Positions 1 to 14,500 of a stretch of 64,000 bases of DNA are shown here, piece after piece; position 1 is the first letter of the stretch; each line of letters starts with the position of its first letter. A program made the position numbers and the translations under genes. Where the stretch lies: NCBI RefSeq assembly GCF_964204645.1, contig NC_134033.1:5542231-5606230 (forward strand), in the 5' to 3' direction. The notes under the pieces were generated by a model. That model was given only the letters and a program-made list of their open reading frames with translations. It had not been told where the DNA came from and did no database searches. The stretch comes from Tubulanus polymorphus (lineage: Eukaryota > Animalia > Nemertea).

Positions 1-3000
1 AGAACGAAACAAGTGTTGATTTACAGAAGTTCTCTAGTTCTTGTACTACTGAAAAGTTGGTGGAGAAGGACGAGACCGAAACCGCGCCAGATACAAGTGA
101 CGACATAAATGAAGCCAATTCTAAAAAAGGTGGTTTTGGATTTGGAATCAAGTTCCCAAAGTTCAAAGGGCCACGTTTTGGTAAAGGTGACAAATCTGAT
201 GACCTGGATACTGATGTCGACAAAACTGACGATATTGGTGGACAGATCCCCAAGATTGAATTGGAACAGACCGAAACAAGTGTCGAGTTACCAAAGTTCT
301 CTAGTCCTCATACTACCGAAAAGTTGATGGAAATAGGTGAAACCGAAGCCGCGCCAGATACAAGTGACGACACAAATGAGGGCAATTCGGACAAAGGTGG
401 TTTTGGATTTGGTATCAAGTTTCCAAAGTTCAAAGGCCCACGTTTTGGTATAGGTGACAAATCTGCTGACCTAGATATTGATGTTGACAAATCTGACAAT
501 ATTGATGGACAGATCCCCAAGATTGAATTGGAACAGACCGAAACAAGTGTCGAGTTACCAAAGTTCTCTAGTTCTCATACTACCGAAAAGTTGATGGAAA
601 TGGGTGAAACCGAAACCGCGCCAGACACAAGTGACGACACAAGTGAGGGCAATTCGGACAAAGGTGGTTTTGGATTTGGTATCAAGTTTCCAAAGTTCAA
701 AGGCCCACGTTTTGGTAAAGGTGACAAATCTACTGACCTGGATATTGATGTCGACAAAACTGACGATATTGATGGACAGATCCCCAAGATTGAATTGGAA
801 CAGACCGAAACAAGTGTCGAGTTACCAAAGTTCTCTAGTTCCCATACTACCGAAAAGTTGATGGAAATGGGTGAGACCGAAACCGCGCCAGATACAAGTG
901 ACGACACAAGTGAGGGCAATTCGGACAAAGGTGGTTTTGGATTTGGTATCAAGTTTCCAAAGTTCAAAGGCCCACGTTTTGGTAAAGGTGACAAATCTGC
1001 TGACCTGGATATTGATGTCGACAAAACTGACGATATTGATGGACAGATCCCCAAGATTGAATTGGAACAGACCGAAACAAGTGTCGAGTTACCAAAGTTC
1101 TCTAGTTCCCATACTACCGAAAAGTTGATGGAAATGGGTGAGACCGAAACCGCGCCAGATACAAGTGACGACACAAGTGAGGGCAAATCGGACAAAAGTG
1201 GTTTTGGATTTGGTATCAAGTTTCCAAAGTTCAAAGGCCCACGTTTTGGTAAAGGTGACAAATCTGCTGACCTGGATATTGATGTTGACAGAACTGACGA
1301 TATTGATGGACAGATCCCTAAGATTGAATTGGAACAGACCGAAACAAGTGTCGAGTTACCAAAGTTCTCTAGTTCCCATACTACCGAAAAGTTGATGGAA
1401 ATGGGTGAGACCGAAACCGCGCCTGATACAAGTGACGACACAAGTGAAGGCAAATCGGACAAAAGTGGTTTTGGATTTGGTATCAAGTTTCCAAAGTTCA
1501 AAGGCCCACGTTTTGGTAAAGGTGACAAATCTGCTGACCTAGATACTGATTTTGACAAAACTGAAGATATTGACACAGAAGAACAGATCCCCAAGATTGA
1601 ACTGGAGCAGAACGAAACAAGTGTTGATTTACCGAAGTTCTCTAGTTCTCGTACTACTGAAAAGTTGATGGAGAAGGACGAGACCGAAACCGCGCCAGAT
1701 ACAAGTGACGACATAAATGAAGCCAATTCTAAAATAGGTGGTTTTGGATTTGGAATCAAGTTCCCAAAGTTCAAAGGTCCACGTATTGGTAAAGGTGACA
1801 AATCTGATGACCTGGATACTGATGTCGACAAAACTGACGATATTGATGGACAGATCCCCAAGATTGAATTGGAACAGACCGAAACAAGTGTCGAGTTACC
1901 AAAGTTCTCTAGTTCTCATACTACCGAAAAGTTGATGGAAATGGGTGAGACCGAAACCGCGCCAGATACAAGTGACGACACAAGTGAAGGCAAATCGGAC
2001 AAAAGTGGTTTTGGATTTGGTATCAAGTTTCCAAAGTTCAAAGGCCCTCGTTTTGGTAAAGGTGACAAATCTGCTGACCTAGATACTGATTTTGACAAAA
2101 CTGAAGATATTGACTTAGAAGATCAGATCCCCAAGATTGAACTGGAGCAGAACGAAACAAGTGTTGATTTACCGAAGTTCTCTAGTTCTCGTACTACTGA
2201 AAAGTTGGTGGAGAAGGACGAGACCGAAACCGCGCCAGAAACAAGTGACGATATAAATGAAGCCAATTCTAAAAAAGGTGGATTTGGATTTGGTATCAAG
2301 TTTCCAAAGTTCAAAGGTCCACGTTTTGGAAAAGGTGACAAATCTGCTGTCCTGGATATTGATGTCGATAAAACTGACGATATTGATGGACAGATCCCCA
2401 AGATTGAATTGGAACAGACCGAAACAAGTGTCGAGTTACCAAAGTTCTCTAGTCCTCATACTACCGAAAAGTTGATGGAAATAGGTGAAACCGAAGCCGC
2501 GCCAGATACAAGTGACGACACAAGTGAGGGCAATTCGGACAAAGGTGGTTTTGGATTTGGTATCAAGTTTCCAAAGTTCAAAGTCCCACGTTTTGGTATA
2601 GGTGACAAATCTGCTGACCTAGATATTGATGTTGACAAATCTGACAATATTGATGGACAGATCCCCAAGATTGAATTGGAACAGACCGAAACAAGTGTCG
2701 AGTTACCAAAGTTCTCTAGTTCCCATACTACCGAAAAGTTGATGGAAATGGGTGAAACCGAAACCGCGCAAGATACAAGTGACGACACAAGTGAGGGCAA
2801 TTCGGACAAAGGTGGTTTTGGATTTGGTATCAAGTTTCCAAAGTTCAAAGGCCCACGTTTTGGTAAAGGTGACAAATCTGCTGACCTAGATACTGATTTC
2901 GACAAAACTGAAGATATTGACTTAGAAGATCAGATCCCCAAGATTGAAATGGAGCAGAACGAAAGAAGTGTTGATTTACCGAAGTTCTCTAGTTCTCGTA

Positions 3001-6000
3001 CTACTGAAAAGTTGGTGGAGAAGGACGAGACCGAAACCGCACCAGATACAAGTGACGACATAAATGAAGCCAATTCTAAAAAAGGTGGTTTTGGATTTGG
3101 AATCAAGTTCCCAAAGTTCAAAGGTCCACGTTTTGGTAAAGGTGACAAATCTGATGACCTGGATACTGATGTCGACAAAACTGACGATATTGGTGGACAG
3201 ATCCCCAAGATTGAATTGGAACAGACCGAAACAAGTGTCGAGTTACCAAAGTTCTCTAGTTCCCATACTACCGAAAAGTTGATGGAAATGGGTGAAATCG
3301 AAACCGCGCCAGATACAAGTGACGACACAAGTGAGGGCAATTCGGACACAGGTGGTTTTGGATTCGGTATCAAGTTTCCAAAGTTCAAAGGCCCACGTTT
3401 TGGTGAAGGTGACAAATCTGCTGACCTGGATATTGATGTCGACAAAACTGACGATATTGATGGACAGATCCCCAAGATTGAAATGGAACAGACCGAAACA
3501 AGTGTCGAGTTACCAAAGTTCTCTAGTTCCCATACTACCGAAAAGTTGATGGAAATAGGTGAAACCGAAACCGCGCCAGATACAAGTGATGACACAAGTG
3601 AGGGCAATTCGGACAAAGGTGGTTTTGGATTTGGTATCAAGTTTCCAAAGTTCAAAGGCCCACGTTTTGGTAAAGGTGACAAATCTACTGACCTGGATAT
3701 TGATGTCGACAAAACTGACGATATTGATGGACAGATCCCCAAGATTGAATTGGAACAGACCGAAACAAGTGTCGAGTTACCAAAGTTCTCTAGTTCCCAT
3801 ACTACCGAAAAGTTGATGGAAATGGGTGAGACCGAAACCGCGCCAGATACAAGTGACGACACAAGTGAGGGCAATTCGGACAAAGGTGGTTTTGGATTTG
3901 GTATCAAGTTTCCAAAGTTCAAAGGCCCACGTTTTGGTAAAGGTGACAAATCTGCTGACCTGGATATTGATGTCGACAAAACTGACGATATTGATGGACA
4001 GATCCCCAAGATTGAATTGGAACAGACCGAAACAAGTGTCGAGTTACCAAAGTTCTCTAGTTCCCATACTACCGAAAAGTTGATGGAAATGGGTGAGACC
4101 GAAACCGCGCCAGATACAAGTGACGACACAAGTGAGGGCAAATCGGACAAAAGTGGTTTTGGATTTGGTATCAAGTTTCCAAAGTTCAAAGGCCCACGTT
4201 TTGGTAAAGGTGACAAATCTGCTGACCTGGATATTGATGTCGACAAAACTGACGATATTGATGGACAGATCCCTAAGATTGAATTGGAACAGACCGAAAC
4301 AAGTGTCGAGTTACCAAAGTTCTCTAGTTCCCATACTACCGAAAAGTTGATGGAAATGGGTGAGACCGAAACCGCGCCAGATACAAGTGACGACACAAGT
4401 GAAGGCAAATCGGACAAAAGTGGTTTTGGATTTGGTATCAAGTTTCCAAAGTTCAAAGGCCCACGTTTTGGTAAAGGTGACAAATCTGCTGACCTAGATA
4501 CTGATTTTGACAAAACTGAAGATATTGACACAGAAGAACAGATCCCCAAGATTGAACTGGAGCAGAACGAAACAAGTGTTGATTTACCGAAGTTCTCTAG
4601 TTCTCGTACTACTGAAAAGTTGATGGAGAAGGACGAGACCGAAACCGCGCCAGATACAAGTGACGACATAAATGAAGCCAATTCTAAAATAGGTGGTTTT
4701 GGATTTGGAATCAAGTTCCCAAAGTTCAAAGGTCCACGTTTTGGTAAAGGTGACAAATCTGATGACCTGGATACTGATGTCGACAAAACTGACGATATTG
4801 ATGGACAGATCCCCAAGATTGAATTGGAACAGACCGAAACAAGTGTCGAGTTACCAAAGTTCTCTAGTTCTCATACTACCGAAAAGTTGATGGAAATGGG
4901 TGAAACCGAAACCGCGCCAGATACAAGTGACGACACAAGTGAGAGCAATTCGGACAAAGGTGGTTTTGGATTTGGTATCAAGTTTCCAAAGTTCAAAGGC
5001 CCACGTTTTGGTAAAGGTGACAAATCTGCTGACCTGGATATTGATGTCGACAAAACTGACGATATTGATGGACAGATCCCCAAGATTGAATTGGAACAGA
5101 CCGAAACAAGTGTCGAGTTACCAAAGTTCTCTAGTTCCCATACTACCGAAAAGTTGATGGAAATGGGTGAGACCGAAACCGCGCCAGATACAAGTGACGA
5201 CACAAGTGAGGGCAAATCGGACAAAAGTGGTTTTGGATTTGGTATCAAGTTTCCAAAGTTCAAAGGCCCACGTTTTGGTAAAGGTGACAAATCTGCTGAC
5301 CTGGATATTGATGTTGACAAAACTGACGATATTGATGGACAGATCCCTAAGATTGAATTGGAACAGACCGAAACAAGTGTCGAGTTACCAAAGTTCTCTA
5401 GTCCTCATACTACCGAAAAGTTGATGGAAATAGGTGAAACCGAAACCGCGCCAGATACAAGTGACGACACAAGTGTGGGCAATTCGGACAAAGGTGGTTT
5501 TGAATTTGGATTCAAGTTTCCAAAGTTCAAAGGCCCACGTTTTGGTAAAGGTGACAAATCTGCTGACCTGGATATTGTTGTCGACAAAACTGACGATATT
5601 GATGGACAGATCCCCAAGATTGAATTGGAACAGACCGAAACAAGTGTCGAGTTACCAAAGTTCTCTAGTTCCCATACTACCGAAAAGTTGAAGGAAATGG
5701 ATGAGACCGAAACCGCGCCAGATACAAGTGACGACACAAGTGAGGGCAAATCGGACAAAAGTGGTTTTGGATTTGGTATCAAGTTTCCAAAGTTCAAAGG
5801 CCCACGTTTTGGTAAAGGTGACAAATCTGCTGACCTGGATATTGATGTCGACAAAACTGACGATATTGATGGACAGATCCCTAAGATTGAATTGGAACAG
5901 ACCGAAACAAGTGTCGAGTTACCAAAGTTCTCTAGTTCCCATACTACCGAAAAGTTGATGGAAATGGGTGAGACCGAAACCGCGCCAGATACAAGTGACG

Positions 6001-9000
6001 ACACAAGTGAAGGCAAATCGGACAAAAGTGGTTTTGGATTTGGTATCAAGTTTCCAAAGTTCAAAGGCCCACGTTTTGGTAAAGGTGACAAATCTGCTGA
6101 CCTAGATACTGATTTTGACAAAACTGAAGATATTGACACAGAAGAACAGATCCCCAAGATTGAACTGGAGCAGAACGAAACAAGTGTTGATTTACCGAAG
6201 TTCTCTAGTTCTCGTACTACTGAAAAGTTGATGGAGAAGGACGAGACCGAAACCGCGCCAGATACAAGTGACGACATAAATGAAGCCAATTCTAAAATAG
6301 GTGGTTTTGGATTTGGAATCAAGTTCCCAAAGTTCAAAGGTCCACGTTTTGGTAAAGGTGACAAATCTGATGACCTGGATACTGATGTCGACAAAACTGA
6401 CGATATTGATGGACAGATCCCCAAGATTGAATTGGAACAGACCGAAACAAGTGTCGAGTTACCAAAGTTCTCTAGTTCTCATACTACCGAAAAGTTGATG
6501 GAAATGGGTGAAACCGAAACCGCGCCAGATACAAGTGACGACACAAGTGAGAGCAATTCGGACAAAGGTGGTTTTGGATTTGGTATCAAGTTTCCAAAGT
6601 TCAAAGGCCCACGTTTTGGTAAAGGTGACAAATCTGCTGACCTGGATATTGATGTCGACAAAACTGACGATATTGATGGACAGATCCCCAAGATTGAATT
6701 GGAACAGACCGAAACAAGTGTCGAGTTACCAAAGTTCTCTAGTTCCCATACTACCGAAAAGTTGATGGAAATGGGTGAGACCGAAACCGCGCCAGATACA
6801 AGTGACGACACAAGTGAGGGCAAATCGGACAAAAGTGGTTTTGGATTTGGTATCAAGTTTCCAAAGTTCAAAGGCCCACGTTTTGGTAAAGGTGACAAAT
6901 CTGCTGACCTGGATATTGATGTTGACAAAACTGACGATATTGATGGACAGATCCCTAAGATTGAATTGGAACAGACCGAAACAAGTGTCGAGTTACCAAA
7001 GTTCTCTAGTCCTCATACTACCGAAAAGTTGATGGAAATAGGTGAAACCGAAACCGCGCCAGATACAAGTGACGACACAAGTGTGGGCAATTCGGACAAA
7101 GGTGGTTTTGAATTTGGATTCAAGTTTCCAAAGTTCAAAGGCCCACGTTTTGGTAAAGGTGACAAATCTGCTGACCTGGATATTGTTGTCGACAAAACTG
7201 ACGATATTGATGGACAGATCCCCAAGATTGAATTGGAACAGACCGAAACAAGTGTCGAGTTACCAAAGTTCTCTAGTTCCCATACTACCGAAAAGTTGAA
7301 GGAAATGGATGAGACCGAAACCGCGCCTGATACAAGTGACGACACAAGTGAGGGCAATTTGGACAAAGGTGGTTTTGGATTTGGTATCAAGTTTCCAAAG
7401 TTCAAAGGCCCACGTTTTGGTAAAGGTGACAAATCTACTGACCTGGATATTGATGTCGACAAAACTGACGATATTGATGGACAGATCCCCAAGATTGGAT
7501 TGGAACAGACCGAAACAAGTGTCGAGTTACCAAAGTTCTCTAGTCCTCATACTACCGAAAAGTTGATGGAAATAGGTGAAACCGAAACCGCGCCAGATAC
7601 AAGTGACGACACAAGTGTGGGCAATTCGGACAAAGGTGGTTTTGAATTTGGATTCAAGTTTCCAAAGTTCAAAGGCCCACGTTTTGGTAAAGGTGACAAA
7701 TCTGCTGACCTGGATATTGTTGTCGACAAAACTGACGATATTGATGGACAGATCCCCAAGATTGAATTGGAACAGACCGAAACAAGTGTCGAGTTACCAA
7801 AGTTCTCTAGTTCTCATACTACCGAAAAGTTGATGGAAATGGGTGAAACCGAAACCGCGCCAGATACAAGTGACGACACAAGTGAAGGCAATTCGGACAA
7901 AGGTGGTTTTGGATTTGGTTTCAAGTTTCCAAAGTTCAAAGGTCCACGTTTTGGTAAAGGTGACAAATCTGCTGACCTAGATACTGATATTGACAAAACT
8001 GAAGATATTGACATAGAAGATCAGATCCCCAAGATTGAAATGGAGCAGAATGAAACAAGTGTTGACTTACCGATGTTCTCTAGTTCTCGTACTACTGAAA
8101 AGTTGGTGGAGAAGGACGAGACCGAAACCCCGCCAGATACAATTGACGTCATAGATAAAGCCAATTCTAAAAAAGGTGGTTTTGGATTTGGTATCAAGTT
8201 TCCAAAGTTCAAAGGTCCACGTTTTGGTAAAGGTGACAAATCTGCTGACCTGGATACTGATGTCGACAAACCTGACGATATTGATGTACAGATCCCCAAG
8301 ATTGAATTGGAACAGACCGAAACAAGTGTCGTGTTACCAAAGTTCTCTAGTTCCCATAGTACCGAAAAGTTGATGGAAATGGGTGAAACCGAAACCGCGC
8401 CAGATACAAGTGACGACACAAGTGAGGTCAATTCGGACAAAGGTGGTTTTAAATTTGGTATCAAGTTTCCAAAGTTCAAAGGTCCACGTTTTGGTAAAGT
8501 TGACAAATCTGCTGACCTAGATACTGATATTGACAAAACTGAAGATATTGACATAGAAGATCAGATCCCCAAGATTGAAATGGAGCAGAACGAAACAAAA
8601 GTTGAGTTACCGAAGTTCTCTAGTTCTCGTACTACTGAAAAGTTGATGGAGAAGGACGAGACCGAAACCGCGCCAGATACAAGTGACGACATGAATAAAG
8701 CCAATTCTAAAAAAGTCGGTTTTGGATTTGGAATCAAGTTCCCAAAGTTCAAAGGCCCACGTTTTGGTAAAGGTGACAAATCTGATGACCTAGATCCTGA
8801 TGAAGTTAAAACTGAAGGTATTGATAAAGATGGAAAGATCTCTGAGATTGAATTTCAGCAGCCGGAAACAAGTGTTGAATTACCCAAGTTCGCTAGTTCT
8901 CATACTACTGACAAGTTGATGGAAATGGATGTGACTGAAACCGCACCAGATACAAATGACGACACAACGGAAGAAGGCAAATATGACAAATCTGAAAAAG

Positions 9001-9290
9001 GTGGTTTTGGATTTGGCTTTAAGTTCCCAAAATTCAAAGGTCCACGTTTTGGCCGCGTTAGCAAATCTGGTGACCTAGATACTGATTTGGTTATGACCGA
9101 AAGTACAGAAATCGAAGAAGAAATTCCTAAGATTGAATTGAAACACAGCGAAACAAGTGTTGAATTACCAAAGTTCTCTAGTTCGCGTACTACTGACAGG
9201 CTGATGGACATGGAGAAGACCGAATCCACTTCAGATGTAGGTGATTTAGGTTTTGGTATAAAATTGCCGCGTTTCGGTCTTGGTGATAAA
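1..9290 (+). repeat. Coding tandem repeat, ~34 units of 267/273 bp (89/91 aa)
   Basis: GFGFGIKFPKFKGPRFG recurs every 267 or 273 bp with very high nucleotide identity, degenerating after ~8800. Confidence 0.95.
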
Positions 9291-11516
9291 AAGGTTGAAA
9301 TAGCCGATATCGACGGTGAATCGAATAAATCTAATTCGTTCCTGGGGAAAGCTAAAAATGCTTTAACGCATGAACCGAAAAGCATCGTTTATACTCCTGA
9401 GGGGACAAGCGAACCGGAAAGTGAACTATCTGTTCAGAATCCGTTTTACGATGAAATCGCCGTCGATCGCGTGGAAGAGGCAGCGGTACAATCAAAATCG
9501 ATCATCCAAATGGTCAAGCAAAGATTTTCACCCGATTCCAGCGGTAAGTTCGACCAGACTACGACCGTTAAATCTGCGCAATTCGAGGACGCTAGCCCCG
9601 TCAATAAAACTGCCAAAGCTGAAAACTTCCTACAAAAAGTCAAAAATGTTTTCGCCTCCGATTCAGATGAGGTTAATTCCGATGAAGTGGTCGTCGAAAG
9701 GATAACGGCAACTGAGAGCATGGCGCCTCGGAGATTCGACGACAACGTCATAGAATTCATGGCTGCATTCGATTCCTGTGAAGTAGCGCGGGACGAAAGC
9801 GATCGAGGAATTTCGAAAACTATACATTCTTCTGGTAATTGGTCAAACAGAAACGAGCCCGACCCGCTGATATTGGACGATTATCAGTTGAGAATGTCCC
9901 GAGCGGACGACCCGATTATAGTCACTGGTACAGTAACTAATAAGGTTGAAACGTTACCCGATTTCGGAAACGATTTTGATTACAGCGGCGATTTCAACAC
10001 TCAGTACAACACGGTTAATTTCGAGCCCAATTTCGAAATCGACGAAGAACTGCCGATTGAAGACGAATCGATACAAGCCACCAACGTAGCTCCGTCGCAC
10101 TCTTCTGATCCTTCGGTTTTCGACAAAATAAAAGATAAATTCACCATCGCCAAACGACCAGGCTCCAAAGGTAAGGCTCCTCTCGTAAAAAATGTCGAAT
10201 CGACTGATGTTGTGGCGGAGCTGAGCGATGACGAACTGAATCATTCATTTGAGGAAATCTTCGAGGATGAGGTAACGAACGCAGTTGACAACACATCCTC
10301 AGCCGACGGCGCGTTTCAGTCGACGAAGAAAGCTCTTCGAAAGATTAAGAAAACGCTAACCCCTAAATTACCGAGAAAGTCTAAAACCACGCCCGATTCG
10401 AAACGAACAGAAGCGAATGAAAAACTCAACACGACGTCACCGGATAACACCGTTAAAACACAGGATACTCGATCGGTTATGGCCATTGAGTTACCGCTTC
10501 CAGATGTATTGATGTCCAATAGCCAGTCATTGTCAAACAAGGACAAATCGCATCAAGAGCTGGAGTGCGCGAAAACGTCGTTACTTCCCGACGTAACTGC
10601 ATCGGCTGATGTGCATACTTCAACGAATCCCGGAGTCTTGGAAAAAGTTGAAGACTTGCTTAGTACTACGAACGGAAAAACCGACCCAAAAGAAACGCAC
10701 TTGCCGGATGGTACTGGCTTATCATTCGACAACGTAAATTATGTCTCACCGGACGCCGATACAACGGTAGAAGCCGGTAATTCCGAGATACAAATAGTGC
10801 CAATTTGTGAAACAAAGACCGAAGCCTTTTTCCAAGAACCGGTTGAAGAATTCAACCGCTCAAACGACGTTGATGTAACCGACGTTGAAGAATCGTCTAT
10901 CGTTCCGGTTACCGAAGAGAAAACAGAAGCCTTCTTCCAAGCACCAATTGAAGATGTCATCGGCAAAGATGATATCGTCGCGTCAGAACCTGAACCGATA
11001 AATACGGCATTGGATACCTATTATTTCGATTTCGATGTTTTGAATGGTTCCGATGGCGAAGAAAGGTCCGAATCTGTCCTCGTATCACCGCCCCGGGAAT
11101 CTATCTCGGCTGCCGGCGATAGGGCTGATGTCGATTGGACGTCGAGTCACGTTTTAGAATATACAGAAGATAACAAGCACGAAGATGAACTTAGTCGCCT
11201 ACAAAACGATCAGTTGGTGATCGATACGGAGGCGACTAAAGCGGCGAATAGAGACGAGATGCTTTCGCCGACGTCGTCACTGTATTTCACCGCTGACGAG
11301 GACGACACGTCGAACGCCCTTTACACGGCCGACGAATTGAACGAATCGTCGGAAACGTTACTAGGGGAAGACGAGATTACCGATCAGATTTATGAAGAGG
11401 AGATCAACGCCGATGAGCTTGCGCTTTCGGAAGCCGCGCCTAACGCCGATAACCTTGAGACGGCGGTTGACGAGACGACGGAGGATTTCGCCTCGGCGGC
11501 GGTGACTGTTGAGACG
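1..11516 (+). CDS. Giant coding exon (>11.5 kb), acidic low-complexity repeat region
   Basis: Frame open from base 3 to 11552; strong donor at 11517. Confidence 0.9.
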
Positions 11517-14500
11517 GTAAGATTCCAAACATCGTTGGAAGCGTCGGTTTAGATTGAGTTCTGCTATCAGTGTGGTCTCGCACTCTACATTTTAAGATGA
11601 AATATGAAATTTTATCGCTGTATCCTGCTTACGGCATATCTTGTTCATCCCATTTTCGCAGCATGCCCCTGCTTATTTATTTACCTTCAAATGTCGCTTT
11701 TGCTTTCGCTGGGGTTTTTAGGAACGGATGGACATGTCTGAACCGATTGAGTGTAGTTCTTCTTCCGAGAAAACGGTAAAAACTTTGGTGTGATTTTTCG
11801 TGGAGCTAACTGATGTATTCAATAACGAATTATGAATGTGTTTGTACTACGTGGTAACAATGAGTTCTCGTTCTTTTTTCTTTTAACAGAAGAAAAGTGT
11901 AAAACAAACCTCGGGCAAAGTTTTTCAACGTTTGAGCAAGGGTTGTGAAAAGTGAAGTGACAAAAATATCAAAACACCAAACACAGTCAATGTCCGTGAT
12001 AACTCTTAAATACCATTGCTCACTCCGAACACCAACATTTTCGAGGGAAGGCATTCGCTCAATCTAATGCAAATCCAATGGAAATACCATTATTTATAAC
12101 GCTGCCTAATTCGTTTTAATGCCATACTTTTCATTGGTCGCAATAGTGTCGTTATAATGGGCTTTTGCTATATTACTGTGAATAGACCTTTCTCGTAAAA
12201 CTTAGCCCGAGTAAGATTTCAAATTGTTATTTTCGACGGTTTCTCGTTGTTTATGGTGAAATAACGTTCTAACAAAAGTTTCGTTTCATCGTCATACCAG
12301 AAAACTGGATATACAGGTTTTGATACGTCTTCTCGAATTTTATTTTTAGATGGATTTGTTTCTTTCTTTCTTGAACTAAACGCGTTTTAACGGAAAACTA
12401 AAAAAAAATCTCGGTGCAGTTTTTGAGTTCAATTTGCCTCCGAGTTCGCAGTCAGAAAAGGACGATATCAGCACACGAGCTGTTGAACTGGGGCATTTGA
12501 GACGTTTCAAATAATTAATTTAAATGAAATGATTTCGAATTAGCGATGATCTGACCCCGCTGATGACCTGACCCAAAATCTGACCCCGCTGGTCGCTAAG
12601 ACGAACAAGAATCGGCATCTCACTTCTTTTAATTTCAATAATCGCATTTAATCTCTTCAGGTGTGGGTTATCAGCGCCGTTGTCGATCCGAGAAGCGGCA
12701 AGGAAATCGGTTTCGATGAAGCGACGAAGAAGGGCATACTGCGCATGAGTGAGGGTATCTACTACAATCCGTTGACGCGACGTTCGAAACCGATTCCGCA
12801 GGCGATGAACGAACGACTGATCATCATGGAACTGAAAACTAGCGAAACGTCGGCTGAGGAGAAAACTTCTTACGGTTAGTACGAATTCAGTTCCACAGTT
12901 GGGGGTCAACTTGACTCCGAATTCAGTTCCACAGTTTAATTTGACACAAATTAATTTGACTCGTGATCGAGATGCACAGTTTAGTAGGTTTTTCTTGCAT
13001 CTGAATCCAGTTCCGCAGCTGTGTGGGTCTAATTTGACTCTAGAACCAGTTCCATGGTTGTGTGGGTCTAATTTGACTTTGGATCCAGTTCCAAAGTTTT
13101 GTGGGTTTAATTTGAATCTGAACCCAGTTCCACACTTGTGCGGATTTAATGTGACTCTCAATTTAGTTCCACGCTTGTGTTTTGTTAGTTATATCTATGC
13201 CGATTATTGAATGTTTATCAAATATTACTCAATTCAAATCTAGCCTCTATGATTTACACCAAATAAATCTGCCCCCTTTGAATATATCGCTAATCTAGTT
13301 TAAAATCCCCGGGAATATTTCACTCATTGTAGCGATGTTGATGTTAATTTCATAGGCGTATTGACGGTTACCACCACACGACAAAGAAAGCAGTACACAA
13401 TCAAACGCGTTATGGACACCGAAACGGACGAATTCGTCTCCATCGACGAGGCTAAGAAACGAGGCATCCTCGACCTTGACACCGGCAAGTAAGTAAAGCA
13501 ATTTGTCAGAATATCGCTTAATGATTACCATTATCTTATCTGTACTCAAATTGCGAAAGATACGTAATCAAATTTTGAATATATCTTTTGTTGATTTCAA
13601 TTATTCAATGAATAGCAATTCAAAAGTAATGAAATTAAAAAGATGTAGCTAATGTCAGTTGAAACTTCAAATTTGAAAAAACGGTCAGTTTGATATTGAT
13701 TTCTTTATTGCACGTATTATACAGACCCAGTCACGAGCTCAGGTAACTTTTTTGAAAAACAAGTATCAATGTTTTGCACCTCCACTTTCTATATGCAAGA
13801 TCAGTTACAGTAATCACGCATCATTGATCCGGACTTCCATCTTATCCAAACAGTCCAGAGCCTCACACCAACAAAAGAATATATATTCGCACAAGATTCA
13901 CTTGGTTTTTAAAAGATCTAGGCGACTGTAGTTCAGTATATCTTCATGCGACTCTTCTCTTGGAAAGTGTCATGGAATCTGATATTTTGGTGTTAAGTTG
14001 TTCTTGCTCTGGTGTCGAATGGCACAGGGAATCACTTGATAAGAGGCTGCCCCACTGAGGATGCCTTATGTAAAATCTGGGTATTTCTGGTCGAGGGTCT
14101 GGGGATTTCGGACTCCCTGATCTGTAAGAACCTTGTGCACGATATAGTATTCGTCAAAAGAATTTGCGTGGACAAATCGATCCGGATTAAATGCGGTTTA
14201 CTGCATATCTTATAGATAACGATCGGACAAACTTTTCCAAATTCTGCAGCAGAAACTCGAACCCTAAAATCAATTTTCGTTAAGCCCAGTTGCGGAATTG
14301 CGTCTTTAATCGAAAATTGTCAGAAAGCAATCCATCAGTTAGTTAATTGGCCGTAGAAGCAAAATAGGCTTAGGCTGGTCTTGAGTTCTTTGCTTGGTCA
14401 TAGGCTTATAGACTGGTCTTATGTTAGATCGTTTTTAGAACCGAAATTAGCCGAGACTGGTTTATGCTTTTTCATTGGTATTGAACATGAATTCAACTTG

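Noticed and set aside
1-9290. CRISPR-like or non-coding satellite interpretation of the array
   Set aside because: No unique spacers; unit lengths are multiples of 3 and the frame is continuously open; eukaryotic context.
109-10966. Many alternative-frame and antisense ORFs (up to 628 aa) over the giant exon
   Set aside because: Shadows of the tandem repeat; periodic, with no independent coding signal.
12520-13210. 213-aa (-) and 103-aa (+) ORFs
   Set aside because: Produced by the 39-bp intronic minisatellite and the antisense of a real exon.
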